In this document: one piece after another, positions 45,822 to 59,400 of the stretch
Position numbering within the stretch: position 1 is the stretch's first letter
Layout of the letters: each line of letters starts with the position of its first letter
Assembly: GCA_963924565.1 (NCBI GenBank)
Contig: OZ004609.1
Coordinates: forward strand, 21,266,001-21,330,000
From: Ascidiella aspersa
Lineage: Eukaryota
Length of the DNA stretch: 64,000 nucleotides
Direction of reading: 5' to 3'
Position numbers and translations under genes: made by a program
The notes under the pieces: generated by a model
The model's database searches: none
What the model was told of the DNA's origin: nothing
Seen by the model: the letters and a program-made list of their open reading frames with translations, nothing else

Positions 45822-47308
45822 CAGGGGTGGGCAATTATTTTTAACCGCGGGCCACATGAGAAACTTAAAATGTTGTCGCGGGCCGGGTCAAAAAAGAGAA
45901 ATCTCAAAATGCATGTAATATGACGTCATACTACGACGCTGAAAAAAAAATAAGCTAACGAACTTGTTATTACGTTAGGAGTTGTGCGCAAATGTTCAAT
46001 TTACGTCGAATTTAACACAAAGGAAAAAATGTGACTATAGGCTATTTCAGTGTTTCTTAACCTTTTTTACTTGTGGCGCACCGAGAGACATATGCAAACA
46101 GGGCGGCGCACCTTGCGAGCGAAGCGAGCGCGAATTTTTTTAGGTGTACCGGTATTTCTCTTGAATTGCCTGCATTTTTTTGTTATATAGGTTTATAGTT
46201 GCATATCTTTAAAGGGACTCCAGCCTTTAAGACTAAAAACCTTATTTTGTCCATTTAAGTCTTGTTCCGATTAATTTTGGACTTCTTTCGTGTTCAGGTC
46301 TTATATAGACTATTTTAGATTTTATCCGGTCGTGGTTATTACTGCGAGTATGGCGTTATTATGTCGTCGGACTTAGTACTATGGTATTATAGATTATCTG
46401 ATTTAGGTATTGTTGCTTTGTAGGTCCTATTGCGTTTTCTACTTAAAAGGCTTGTGGAATTAATGAGTAAAGCTTAATAGGAAAGTAAAAAATACATGTT
46501 TTATATAATAGTATAATAGGACCTACATTGTTTTTTCCTTTTGCTCGCGGCCCACCTGGCAGCCTTCTGCGCCGCGGCGCACCGGTTGAGAAACGCTGGG
46601 CTATTTGTTTTAAAACGAAAATTTTAATTTAGACATAGAGGGGAACGTCAAGCATTGAGCACAGATAACTAATGTACATTGCTTGATATATTGGCGTTTA
46701 TCAAGTTGTGGGTCGAGTTGACTACAACATTAAGGTTAAATACGTAAAAATGCCCCACAAAAAACTTACAATGTTTTTTGGCTTGTGAGGCTTTAGTTAC
46801 CGGTATGTTATACTTTGGTACAATGGCCATATTGCAAAGAAGGCATAAATCGGGAGAAATACACAACATGGCATTAACTAAATTAGGCTGACAAACGTGA
46901 ATCTGTATGTTTCAGAGTTTAGAAAACGGCCTGTATTTCGTTCATATTTTAAAGTCGGAATACATTCAAAAGCAGCGCAATATATCTGTATATATTAGGG
47001 CTAAGTTTGTTAAACTTTTGTTGTAGAGAGTGCCACAGTGCAGAGGACGCTTTTAATCTGTAAATATGGCCAAATAATTTGTGGAAGATACAAAAAAGAC
47101 AGAAAAGATTCGCGCGAAGCGCGAAAAAAATCATTTTAGTATTTAAAACAGGCTTAAAATAGAGTTTGGATCCGTCCCTAGAAATAGTGTTAGCGATACA
47201 ACCAAACGTAGAAATTCCCTTGTTTTTTTTGCTTGGCTGATGTATTTTAAGATTTAAATTGCCTGGCGGGCCGGATCCGGCCCGCGGGCCGTATGTTGCC
47301 CAGGTCTG
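45822..47308. mobile_element. hAT-type non-autonomous element hosting a nested MITE
   Basis: Termini CAGGGGTGGGCAA / TTGCCCAGGTCTG with GCGGGCC subterminal repeats; flanks ATCTACAA / TTCTACAG (6/8). Confidence 0.65.
46048..46598. mobile_element. Nested hAT/Charlie-type MITE
   Basis: TIR CAGTGTTTCTTAACC / GGTTGAGAAACGCTG; perfect TSD GGCTATTT (46040-46047, 46599-46606). Confidence 0.9.
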
Positions 47309-47518
47309 TTCTACAGGCTTCTGCTTGTCAAGTTACGTTTCTTTAGGTGGGGCGAAATAATTTAATTGCAATGAATGCACAAAACTTGCTTGTGTGTGTT
47401 TTTGTACTGCGAGCGATAGCCTTCTGAGTCCTGAAACGACCCGGCAACAAATAGCCCTTATTTCGTTGAAAAAGTCTTTTGTCGAATGAAATTACAAGCG
47501 TGACATTAACAAGTGGTC

Positions 47519-48436
47519 ACTGGCGTATCCAGGGGGGTGTCCGGACCCCTCCTTTTCGTTAGTGATATAATCATTTTTTGTCAGGGTTCAACTTACCGTC
47601 CGAAGCGGCAATGTTTTTAATGTAATTAGGTCACGAAAGCTAATGCGAAACCGAAACCAAACGCAAACGCTGTTTTTCGTCTCCTGTTTGGTCGTCCGTA
47701 AACGCAGGATATTTTTTCTCTTTCGCCTTTCGTTATTCATATTTTGTTTTCTCTTTTTGCCTTTCGTTATTCGTTCAGGTTGGCTGATAAGAAGTATGTA
47801 TTCGACCAAAAACAACGCAAAGTAAAGCCTTATAACTTTTTTATCGTTGAAAACGTCGAGTTAGGCGCAGCTAATGTCCCTCGCTGTTCGTGCTGATATC
47901 TAATGTTGGTGTAACAACGGCATTTTTTAACTGAATCAGATACTCTTAAAAGATGGTTAACTGTGACTTTCAAAGGGGCCTTTTTTATTTATTTTAGCTG
48001 ACTTGGCACGCTGCTCAGCGCAGATGTTGCTCTAATTGTGGCATACTGACCGCCGGAAAAACGATCTTCGTTTAGTATTGCAGGTGGCGAGAGATGTGCT
48101 TGCAATTTAGCGTGGTCCCGTACAAGGAACTTACGAAAATGCGCTGCTGATAGTCGAAATACGATTCTACCAAAATCAGTCACACATACTTCATCGTCTT
48201 GGTTTAGTTTTTTCGCCTTAAGTTAACGATTGCACACTAAGCGATTTCGACGGTTTGCGTCTTAAAGGTTCGCTTTTGCTGGACGTAAATTGGCCGTGTC
48301 TTTTTTACATGACGTTACTACTTACTACAATCACTATTTTATGACGTCGTTATTTATGAACGTCAGACAAAAATAGGGGAATTCCCTAAGTTAGAAATTC
48401 GGTACCCCCTCCTGTTTGATTTTCTGGATACACCCT
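47519..48436. mobile_element. MITE family A copy
   Basis: Termini CACTGGCGTATCCAG / CTGGATACACCCT; interior collinear with 3960-4967 (AAAACGTCGAGTT, GCTGACTTGGCAC, GCGCAGATGTTGC, AATCACTATTTTATGACGTC, GGGGAATTCCCTAAGTT). Confidence 0.8.
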
Positions 48437-51400
48437 TTCTAGCGGTTGTGGTACCTTGGTAAATTTAGTTTTAAAAGTTTTGTCATTTTATTATATTGAA
48501 ATGTCTATAGGTAAAGGATTGCTAGAAGTGAACTATTATATACGTGTTGCATTCATTTTTTAAACACTAATCACAATACACCTCTGCAAAGTTGGCGGCA
48601 TTAATCACGACAAGCCTGTACAATGAATTCGTTTTTATTTTTACGTAAAAGAGGGGATACGGCGCAAGTTTGTACATCGCTGAAATTGAAATAAAACAGG
48701 GCAAACGAGCGACCTGCGGGCGTCGTTCAGACAACACAAGAAGGGAACTTGCAAAAGTAATCAAAAAACACGAACGTGTATGAAACTACAGTGGACACGG
48801 CCTTGTCAACGCTGGTGGCGTTAAGGAGCGTACATCACAAAACTGATTTTATTTAACAAGCTGTCGTACAAGTTTTTTTGGTAAACGCATTGGGAGATCT
48901 AATTCGACTAATAAGTCATTATGAAGCTTGCTGTGGTAACAACGTCAAGTAACAGTTGTTAAGTTCAAATACCAGATTGGCGATAACTTGAAACAGTTTA
49001 TACCACACGTCAAAATTGAAAGAATCGCGCTACAAATAGTTGGCAACTTTATATATAAAAAAAACTTAGGCCCAGCACAGAAAGAATTTGCAAATAAACA
49101 GGTAAAAACGGGGGTGGGACGAAGCACAGCGACGCGCGAAGCAACAACGGAATAGTTACATAATAGACGCACCGACGTAACATGGAGACAGTCGCGAATG
49201 CGTGTGGATAACAAGATACATAGTGTGTGGTAACATCGCGCGTTAGTTCATTTCAGAGCAAGGCCGGTCGCCTACCAATTATCAACTACTTACTGGTAAT
49301 ACTGCTGGCATAAACCTAGGGCGGCTTTCAAAGTGTCTGCTAACCTGTGACCGTGACGCGATGAAAAAATGACCTCCTCTTCAACAAGTAATATAATGGA
49401 CGCATTGCTTTATCAGTGTTATCAACAAAGCGGTAACGTGGCTATTTGCTTATACGGCGATTTTTAGAAAACGGCAAATAAAGTGTTATTAGGGGGTATT
49501 CCTTATAACGACACTAATTCCGTATGCATGTGACGTGCGACGTGACTAGTAAGGTACGGGTGCGACCAAATGCAATATGAGAAGCGAAAAATCGCGTTAA
49601 AGGAGCGACGTGGGAGACAAAATATACACACGCTTGCATTGTAGTGTAACGTATATACTAACACATAGAACGATCTCTACTTAAGAATTATTGCGAGAGA
49701 AACTGTTAAGCTGTGGCGAAGCGGTTTTGATTTTTGGTATGTTCTATTCAGCGTAAATGGTTTCTTTGTTTTTCAGGGGTCGGTATCACATCAACTTATG
49801 CACCACCACACAGTGCGCAATATTTACATGGCGCACGACAACCTGACTATTATGGTAAGCATTACAAACGTTCGAAAAAGCAATATGCCATATACTAGCA
49901 TTAAAACATTTCTAAAACGAGCGGCCTAGTTTTAAAACTGAAAACAAGGGAAACTCAACATTGATAAATTACAGAACACAGTGGAACAACCACAGGTTAA
50001 AGTATCGGCACAGGAGTAATTATTTAAGCTTAACATCATCGAATACAGGAAGTCTAAAGTCTTTTGATGCGAAGTTATGCGGACAGAATACCAAGCTTAC
50101 TACTAGCGTCTAAGTTGTTTGATTTTTCTAAATACGGTTCCAGAATTTTTTTTGATCGTTGGTCAATGCGTTGTTGCCATTCGCCATCTTCTAAACTGTT
50201 AATTTAATGTGTAATAAAAGGAAAAGTTTTTAAACAAAGCGATATAAATAAAAAATTACTATGTTACAGAAATTTTCTGTTTTGATAAAAAACAGCGTTG
50301 GCGAACGAATACGCCGAAAATGCAATTTGTGGACTTAAAGATTAACACTTCAGACGTAAATAAAGTGACGACTGATGATTTCACACACAGATTTTTGGCA
50401 CAATGTACATTTTTGCAATGACGACAGACCTAGACGACGACAGTTGTAAGAAATTTTACTTTCAGTAAATTAGTGTTTCAATCTAATATTCCAGGTCATT
50501 TCGACGATACTTTTTGTTAAGAATGATATAGAATTCCTGTCACAAAAAAGTGCATCACGAAGTGGCTAGAAAACAGTTATCATATTGGGTTTAAAAATGA
50601 AATCGCAGCGGCGAAGGTTTGCATACGAACAGTTTATCGCTAGAAAGGTCGTGGCCGTGATAACATGAGAGCCTATATATCCGGTTAGAACGGGCAATCG
50701 CATTTATTACAGTTGCAAACGTTTGTGTTTTAATGTGTAAACTCGATTAAGAAACACGTTTCTAGCAGAACGGTCAATTTTTTAATGTCCTTCGTTGTGG
50801 TATTTGCTTGAAACTTGCTCAAAACTGTGATTTAGACAGGTCCGGTGTTTCAGTGGATGGGAAGCGAAACGCGAGCATGTTCTGGTTCTGATGATGTCAT
50901 CACTTCCTCATTCGCCTATGAATAAGCACTCACATTAGTTCGTCAGATAGTTTTTGCAATTTTATATCGTCCAGTTGTATAGTCATTTGCCAGAGTCCCA
51001 TTTTAACGAGGCTTTTGTACCGTTTTCTATCCTAAAGCCTTTTTTAAATCTTTTTCGCCCCATTTTGTTACAAGTTTGAAAAAGTGACGTCGTTAATATT
51101 AGATACGGACGACTGGACGTGTTGCTTATTGCGAGTACAATTTTGTAACATTGTCCATAAAATGCAACTCAGTGATCTTACCATATCACAAAATAATAAA
51201 ACAGGATCTGTGATTGTTGCACTGAAATATTTTATATGTTTAGTGGTGACGATCCTTTACTAATTTTATTATCAGTCTAGCCGTCAGTTAACGTCGAACC
51301 GCAATGAGATAAAAATACGCTGATTTAGTGATAACATTTCCGTGTTGCCAAACCAGGATCCAGCATACTATATACTAGCATGTCAAAATGTGTTCCGCCA

Positions 51401-53497
51401 CATGCTATACAGTGAAGTGGCTCACTTTCCTGACCGCAATTTTACTACTGCCATTTTACAATTGGATAAAAACGCAATTAGGTCTGGCTTTTGTTAAATG
51501 AATTTTCGAATATGTTTGGCTTAACAAAATCTCGTATAAAACAAGTAGTGTGGTAATAAAATATATTTAAATATTATTAGTATACCGACGTGCATGGCAA
51601 TCGTCACTGCTGCTGGGGTATTGAAGTCGCCTCTGGTGTAACGGTGGGTTGCTGGGTAGGCTCACTATAGGCGACAGGGAACGGCTGCAAAAAAACATAT
51701 CACGTGTTGTTCAACGCTCATCGCTGACAAGACATACCAAACGTCTGGAGTGTAATGCGGCACTATGTTAGGCCATTGTTTGGCTGCCGTTTAAAAAGTG
51801 GCTGTTAGATGGCAATAAATGAATTGAAATACTAATAAGATGCAAAAACTTTCGAAAGATAAACCATATTGTACACGGTTAAGTGTCAGTAATATACAAA
51901 TCACAAATGCGGAGTTTCGGTATAGATACTGTATATTTACTTGAGAAAACAGCTAAACCAAAAAACACAGAGTTAAGTCACTTTTAGTAAATGAACAGTA
52001 GGCGAAAAAAGGCTGTGTGAGTGTGGTATGCGACGGCGCGACCTAGTAAAACAAATATCGGTCACATTCCTTCACGCTTTAGTGTTTTAAAGTCAACTGC
52101 GACTTTCATAGACGCTACGCTACTACAAGAGAAAAAGGAACTGCCGTGGTTCGTCCATTGTCTGGCTTTCCAGTCAAACGCCTTCCAGTTAAAAGCCAAT
52201 GGCGAAAGTTTTTTTTTTTCGGCTAGATATCATTATTCGGCCATACAAGGGTTTAATATTCATGTGAAGAATAACATTAGTTTCCTAACAGGCCCATGGG
52301 AAAAGTAAGACTTGACATCAACGTTGTGCGCAAATTAGGTGGCCGGATGAACGGTTGTTCTTATCATTTGTGATATGTTTACGGTTCTTAAGGGAGTTAG
52401 CAGTTTCCATTAGGTCTTAATTGGGTGCTTTTATGTAAACACTCGGAAAACATAACGTAAACTAGTTCAACCCCACTCTAGCCGTTTATTTACCCTTTCA
52501 GCTTGATGATCCTACTTAATAGCTATAGAGTCTGCCAAACAACATGTACATTTACTCAGGGTGAAACAATAAACTTGTGGGTCGATATAAATAACAGGAT
52601 AAACTTAGCTCTGGAACATATTCCGGCTAAATAAGTTACAAATGCTTTATATAGATTTTAAGTTGTCATTAGGCAAGAAGTACGAAAAACATTGGGACTG
52701 ATTGTAAAACGTTATTCAGTTTGCAGTCATGTACGTGCCGTTGGCCTTGTGAGTTGTGATATATATATGAGAATAATCAAGGGGCTGAAAATTCCTAATA
52801 AACCGAAACGCCACAGCAACAAACTACTGTTTAATAACATAAATGTAAATGAAAAGTACTTTGCTAATGGAAAGATCGGTTAACAAAAAGGTTTCTGACG
52901 AACATTAGGTTAAATGCAGCTTGTAGTAAAAACAACCGACGTATTGTGTTTTGTCAGCAAAAGCGACATTGATTGAACGAATGAACGAGAATAGAAAGGC
53001 ATTATGTAAACTAAATCCCTGACACCGCCTTAATGTACTATACGTCAAACGGGTAATTAGTACGCAGCCAAATTCGAAAAACTTAATTTTACCTTATGGG
53101 AATTTCAACTAAAAATTAGGTAATTAATTCGAAAGGGGGTGGAAAATCACCATCAGGGCCTCGTATGCCTTCCATTTCGTGAGCTGCACACTTAAAAGCG
53201 AAAACGTGGCGGGGGGTGAATTAACAAGTCTCGCGCGCTGCACTTCATTTGCAATGGCGGATTGCCAAACGATCGATATACGGCCAAATACGACGAAAAC
53301 CGTTACATTTGATAAATGACGGAAAACGCGTGGCCACTACTTTTACGCAACTAAAGACCAATGTTTTTTCGCACGTTCGGTCGCAGATGCAGCACGACTG
53401 CGCATTTGACATTTTAGAACCTAATGTTTTCATCATGTGCAGCTCTGACAGGGTCGGTGAAGGACACTTGACAGCCCCAGCAATCACGTACGGGAAA

Positions 53498-56400
53498 TTA
53501 CCGAGCAGACTAAAAAGTGACATTAAAGTAATAGATAACTGTGTTTTTTTAACATTAACATTTTATGTAATACTTCTGTTGACCAACAGTGTATAGAATT
53601 GTATCACGCAAGCTTGGTAAATGGTAATGGTAGGCACCTTAAACGGGAACAAAAATTGGTTAAAAACGCAAAAAAACACCCAGAAAAACATCACGTGAGA
53701 GCCATCTCTTCAAATTTGCAATTCCCTTTCGAGCTTCTGGTTTTTGTTCCTAAAATAAATCAGGGAATCGGATTTTTAATGTCGTTGCACGACGAAACAA
53801 CTGGGGAATCCTGGTGCAAAATGCACCGTAGGGGACATTTCCAAATAATCGAAACTGAGCTTTGCGCAGACATGGCAGCTTGTGAGTGTGTGTGTGTGTG
53901 TGCGGAGGGTGTGTGCTTGCGTACGTGCGGGCAGGCTCGTGTGGTTCTCCGAAATGCTTCGGCGTAGCAGCGACTGGTGCAAAACACGCTTTACGCGAAA
54001 ACGTGTTGCGACGACCAATTAGGAGCCAATTTTTCGCGGTTCAGTGGCAACCTCGCGGACTGTTGCAACATAACGACGATATTACGCTGTATAAACTAAT
54101 TTAAGATTATTATGTCGAGTCTTTCATCAACACTTGACGCAAAGCCAGAGGTCCCGCGAACATTAAGTTGTTATTAGGCACGAACACAGTGTTACAAAAA
54201 CAAGGATACTAAGAAACAAACGTCCTCAACAACTATAAAAATCGCTAAAGGCATTGCTGATCTAAGTTAAAATGTTTTGTGCTAATGTATGTTTCTTCGA
54301 ACCGATGCGCACAAGCAATTTACAATCAATACAAGTTTATAGGCAAAGACCAAAGTCAAACACAACATTTGCTTGTGAAAGATAGTAAACTGAGTCAGCA
54401 AGATGTTGAATATTTCGCAACACCTATACTCCCGCATGTACTGTTGCGCAACATTTATCATTATGTGAACTTTTGTGCACATAAAGCCAGAACTTCGTTT
54501 ATGTCACAATTTTAAATGATTTAAATTTATGATATTGTTTACTGCTGAAACTCACTCCTACTAGTACTTTTCTTGGAAAGGCAAAGTAAACATTTTGTAT
54601 CTTACATTGACTAAGAATATTAATGCCAGTTTGTCAAGATTATTAAATGGCTAGTATAAGAGTGGCTTAACTATCCTACAGGGAGTACATTTTAGTTTAT
54701 TTTTGAAAAGCAATTTTTAAAGAATTTGGAACACTATACAAAATACAAGTTGAGCATATTAGTGTGCCAAACAATTTTATGATATATATAGTTAGTGCAT
54801 TAACCAAAAACAAAATATATTTAAAATTTGATTTTATATTTGATACCTTACACAGCCACTGATACAGCTCTATGTACTATTAAACAATTGAATGAGATTA
54901 CATTTAAAACCAGCAACCTAAGAAATCAAGCAACACAATATGCTTTTTATTGAACATGATACCATGGAATCCATAGATAAGTCTCTCATTACACAAAAAC
55001 ACCTTTAAAACAAAACTGTACCTAACTGTCACACAACATGTGTTCTCATACTTTACAACATATTATTTGCGAATTTTTTACTTTAATAAAAATATAAACT
55101 TATTTATTTTAATGTGATAAGGAATGGGGTGAAATGATTTGCAAATAACAAAAAAATTGTTTAGTCTAAATGTTAAATTAAACCAGCTATTTGTATCTTA
55201 TTAATTATTCATCAGAATAAGGCAAAAGGCTTGCAATGGGTATTAGCTTTACTGCAGTTGAATCTAAAGTTCCTAAAACTTTCAAGCTTTAAACTGATTA
55301 GTGTTATCTATACTTTCTGTCATATATATATTCAAATCAATTAGACTTATAGTAATCACAATGCTTAACAAAAAAATGTTCTTTTTGATCTATCAGATTG
55401 CTAACTATTGTGGAACATATGTTTTCAGCATCAAAAGTATTTTTGGCCTTTAAAAACACATTCTACATAAGCACATTTGAAAATCGGTTATAAGGTTTAT
55501 TTACCTCTTGGGCAGTTTGTGGTGCGCTGAAGTTTAGTTCTTGCCTTGCTGGAGGTTGTACTTCATTTGGGTTGACAAGAAATATGTTGGTGTCCTGTAA
55601 ATGACAAACATGTCTAACTTGGAATTGCTACTTACACCTGCATGTAACATGCAATTTTTCATATACATTGCTGTTAAAGAATATTTTTGAAATTTTTATA
55701 AACCTTGACATGTTGAATGGTATGGCATGCTAAATGAAAATTAGTTTACAAATTGTTGGGATTTAGTTTTGGGTGTATGATATGTATTTAAAAGGATACA
55801 AAGTAAAGCATTTTTAAAATAATAACTTTTACCATAATAAGGTTATCTAGGTCCTCAATGGTTAGTTCCTTGTGCCCATTGGTAACAATCCCTTGCGGCG
55901 TTTCACTTGGCCTGGAATTCTGTGGCTCAGAAGTCCTGTTAGCCATCATGTCTTGGGTGCTTGGGTTATAGGCAGTTGAAGTGATCGGCTGAACAGCAGA
56001 ACAGTCAGAAAGAATGACTTGCAACACATCGGCTGGCACTACAGAGGATTCAATCGTCTTGTTAGGTGACATCACAGTGGCATCATTGATCGTAAATTTG
56101 TTATCGAATCCAACAGAAAGGCCTGTTTCACCAGAAAGTGGACTGTGCAGAATCTCGCCAGAGTCTCCATTTCCTTGGATAATTGCCGATGTATTTTGCA
56201 CTACAATATGGTTTTGGGAAACATTTGCATTCTGCTGTGGTTGTTGCATGCCTACACCCATTGAAACCGGTGTGGCCCGGTCAAGTATTTGCATCGACTC
56301 AGTGATGGTGAATAACTGCTGGTCGGCATTGAAAGGCATTTCCTGACTTGCTTCAGGGTTTATTGGTTCTTGTTTTGTCCACAATGAAGGCTGGACAGTT

Positions 56401-59400
56401 TGTGACTGGTCAGTTCCACTACTGTTGCTTTGTGTTGAAGTAAATGCAATTTGGGCAGAGGTTGGCCATACAAAATTCTCTGGAGCACTGGCATTAGCGT
56501 TATCCTGGGGCGAGATTACATTGTTGGGCATCTGTGGCAAGGAAATATTTGGCATGAAACCAATGCCCTGGCTGTTGTTAAATGTGGACGTGGCAATATT
56601 TAGCTGTGTAGGTGCAACCCAGGTAGATGTGCTTGTGAAGGCAGAAGCTTGTTGGGCATTGTTTTCAGAAGGTAACATATTTGTATTAACATTTCCACTT
56701 TGCTGTGATATGATAGTCATTGCCTCACCAGCTGAGTTGCTGCAAGTGATCTGATTTCCAAACACAAAACTCGGGTCCCCTTTTAAAACCTCTTGGGGCC
56801 ACATAGTGGTTTGTAGTGTTGGAAATAGACTTGGTTGTGCGGCAGAGGTGTCACTAACTGGCGTACTTGATTGCATGGGTTGCTGGTTACCAACATCAGT
56901 CATCTGAATTGGATTCACAGCTGCTGATTCTTGTACCACAGGAAGGGAAAAATTAGTCTGTCTGGGGACAGCTGCCACTTGTGGATTGTTGACAGAAAAC
57001 ACAACAGTGCCTGAATTGTTTAAGGCAGTTTGGCCCTGGTTATGCCCAGGCATGGCACTTGGAAACCCCATAGCCAGACCTGCTCCGAGTTGTGACTCTG
57101 TTTTCACCATCATGCCTGCCATTGAAGCATTGACTTGAGAATTGCCACAGTTGTTGTGATTTGGAGTGCTTCCCTGCAGTTGAAAGGCAGATGGTGACTG
57201 GGTCACACTGTTCTGATTGAAAAAACCTGGTTGTGAAACAGCACAATTTAAGTTCTGAAAGTTAGAAACAGAACTGAAAGCCCCAGGCTGCTTGGCCGAC
57301 ATAGTGCTCTGAGAAAGCACAGCAGCAGGTTTAAAAACAAACTGGGCGCTTGCTGGTATGTTGTGAGTGGCTAGTGGTCTTTCAATTGTTGGTGGTAGCA
57401 TATTCTTTTCAACACCGAATTGAACTAGCTGTGTGGGTTGTGGTGGAAACGAAATGGAATGAGCGTTGCTGTCATTGGTAAACTCATTGCTTTTCTGTGG
57501 TTGCTGCTGTGCTGCTAACGACATAAATTGTTGTTTAGTGTATAACACTTCTTCAGTTTATAAACTTTGGCAAACAAAATAACAGTTTTTTAAAAGTTGA
57601 CTAACCTAGTACAGTTGGTTTGACATCACTTGATTCCGGCTTTAGCAATTTCATTAGGGCTTCCAGAACGTTTCGGTCAATATTTTCACTCAACAGTGCT
57701 TTGACTGGATTTTCTGAAATAGTCAAGGAGTGTTAAACATATTGTGCACAGTCAAACTAAATGAATTTCCTAAAAACACTACTTTAAAAATCATCTATAT
57801 ATGAAGCAACACAAAAATGAAAAATGCTAACTAAATGAAACATAAAGGCTGTACATCTTTAAAAAGCCCTAAAATATAAAAATAAATAAACTCCACATAC
57901 CCTCCTGCTTAACAGTTATTTTTTCAGATTCAGTAGTCTCATTAGTTTGGCTCCTGAGTTGTTTGATTGGGTCATATGTAAAACTGTGAGGGTCACATCT
58001 TTTGCCATTGTGCTCCACCAAAACCTGCACATTGACAGGCTTCACGATGTTTAGGTCATGGTATGGAGGGACCATTACCACCATGTGAGTCTACAAAGCG
58101 AAAAAGAAACTATTTACATATCAGAGGAGAAATCATTATTTGTTTGATACATTTACTTTTTGTTATAAATTGACTATTAGAGCCTAGTTTGCAATCTATA
58201 CACTATTCTTTTTTGCTTTATTCTGATACAATTTTGGCTTACTATAACAAAACTGATGTTATTCTAACACTCAGTTAAGGCATATTACAAACAAAGGCGT
58301 ATGATGAAAAATGACACCAACACAATATGATCTATGTAGGAAACTAGCCCAGCACAGTTTGTCCTTGTTTGCTGCATTTTTAATGCAACTAGTTTGGAAC
58401 CTATGAAAAAAGCACCAAAAAATATTTAAAGGTTTGATAAAGCGATTTGTAATCAAGTGTATATGTACTTTACATATACTTCAAATAAAACATTTATTTG
58501 TGAAACTGACATATTTATCTAGAAAATGATATTATGCACCTTAAAGTTGAACATGCCAGCAAAGGAAGTAAACTAAAAGGTTAACCAACAATAACAAAAA
58601 GTTCTTTTGACAAACAGGCAAGCAATGCCAGGTGAATTGGGTCTTTTTAACACAAGTTCAACTACAGTCATGTATCTTACTATAGTTTGTGGTGCTCCAC
58701 CATAGTAAACAGGTTTTAGTAAACAGGTTTTACAAGCTCATATTGTACCAAGCCATACAGGAAATTAATGACAGTAACCAAATTTGTTAGCACATATAAA
58801 ACTACACAATTATTTTAACCATCAAAAACTAAAAATCTAGTTTAACCAAAAAATATTAGTAACAATATTAGTATAAGTTCCTACATGGAGTGAATAGAGA
58901 GAATACATACTGAACCTGTTTATTGAGTGAATTTTATATCTCCCACCATTTTAAACCAAGCTGCTAAAATCATTTCAGTCAGTTCTGTTTAGGATTGGGA
59001 GTGAAACCACAGCCTTCAGCATGGTTGCAGTATTTTAAATGCTGTGGTGGCAAATCTGATACATTGGCTATGTTAGCTAGCTTCCGCCTATAACTGTTAA
59101 CTGCCTATGATAGATAGTGGGTTAAAGAGGATATGAAGTTTTTTAGCAGGGCTTTTTAATGTTAGCGATTTTAACATCTTATATTATGGGATCAGTATTT
59201 ATTCATTGAAAAATGTTAAATTTGTACACAAAAATATTGAGGCTTAAACAAATTTGAATAAACAGGTCACTGCCAAAACAGGTCACTGCCATGGTATAAA
59301 TAATATGCTTTTATTAGGTTTTTAACGCTAAATTATTTTATTAAACTGGAGTTGTGATTAGATCAAATAATATTGTAACAGAAGATTTGATATAATAAAC

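Noticed and set aside
53245-54104. Cluster of 70-120 aa ORFs as a separate gene
   Set aside because: Overlap on both strands, include microsatellite-derived CVCVC/HTHTH, no domain similarity; better explained as NFAT5 last intron and 3' UTR.
56014-57246. ORFs 56014-56346, 56425-56754, 57040-57246
   Set aside because: Alternative or antisense frames of the large NFAT5 exon.
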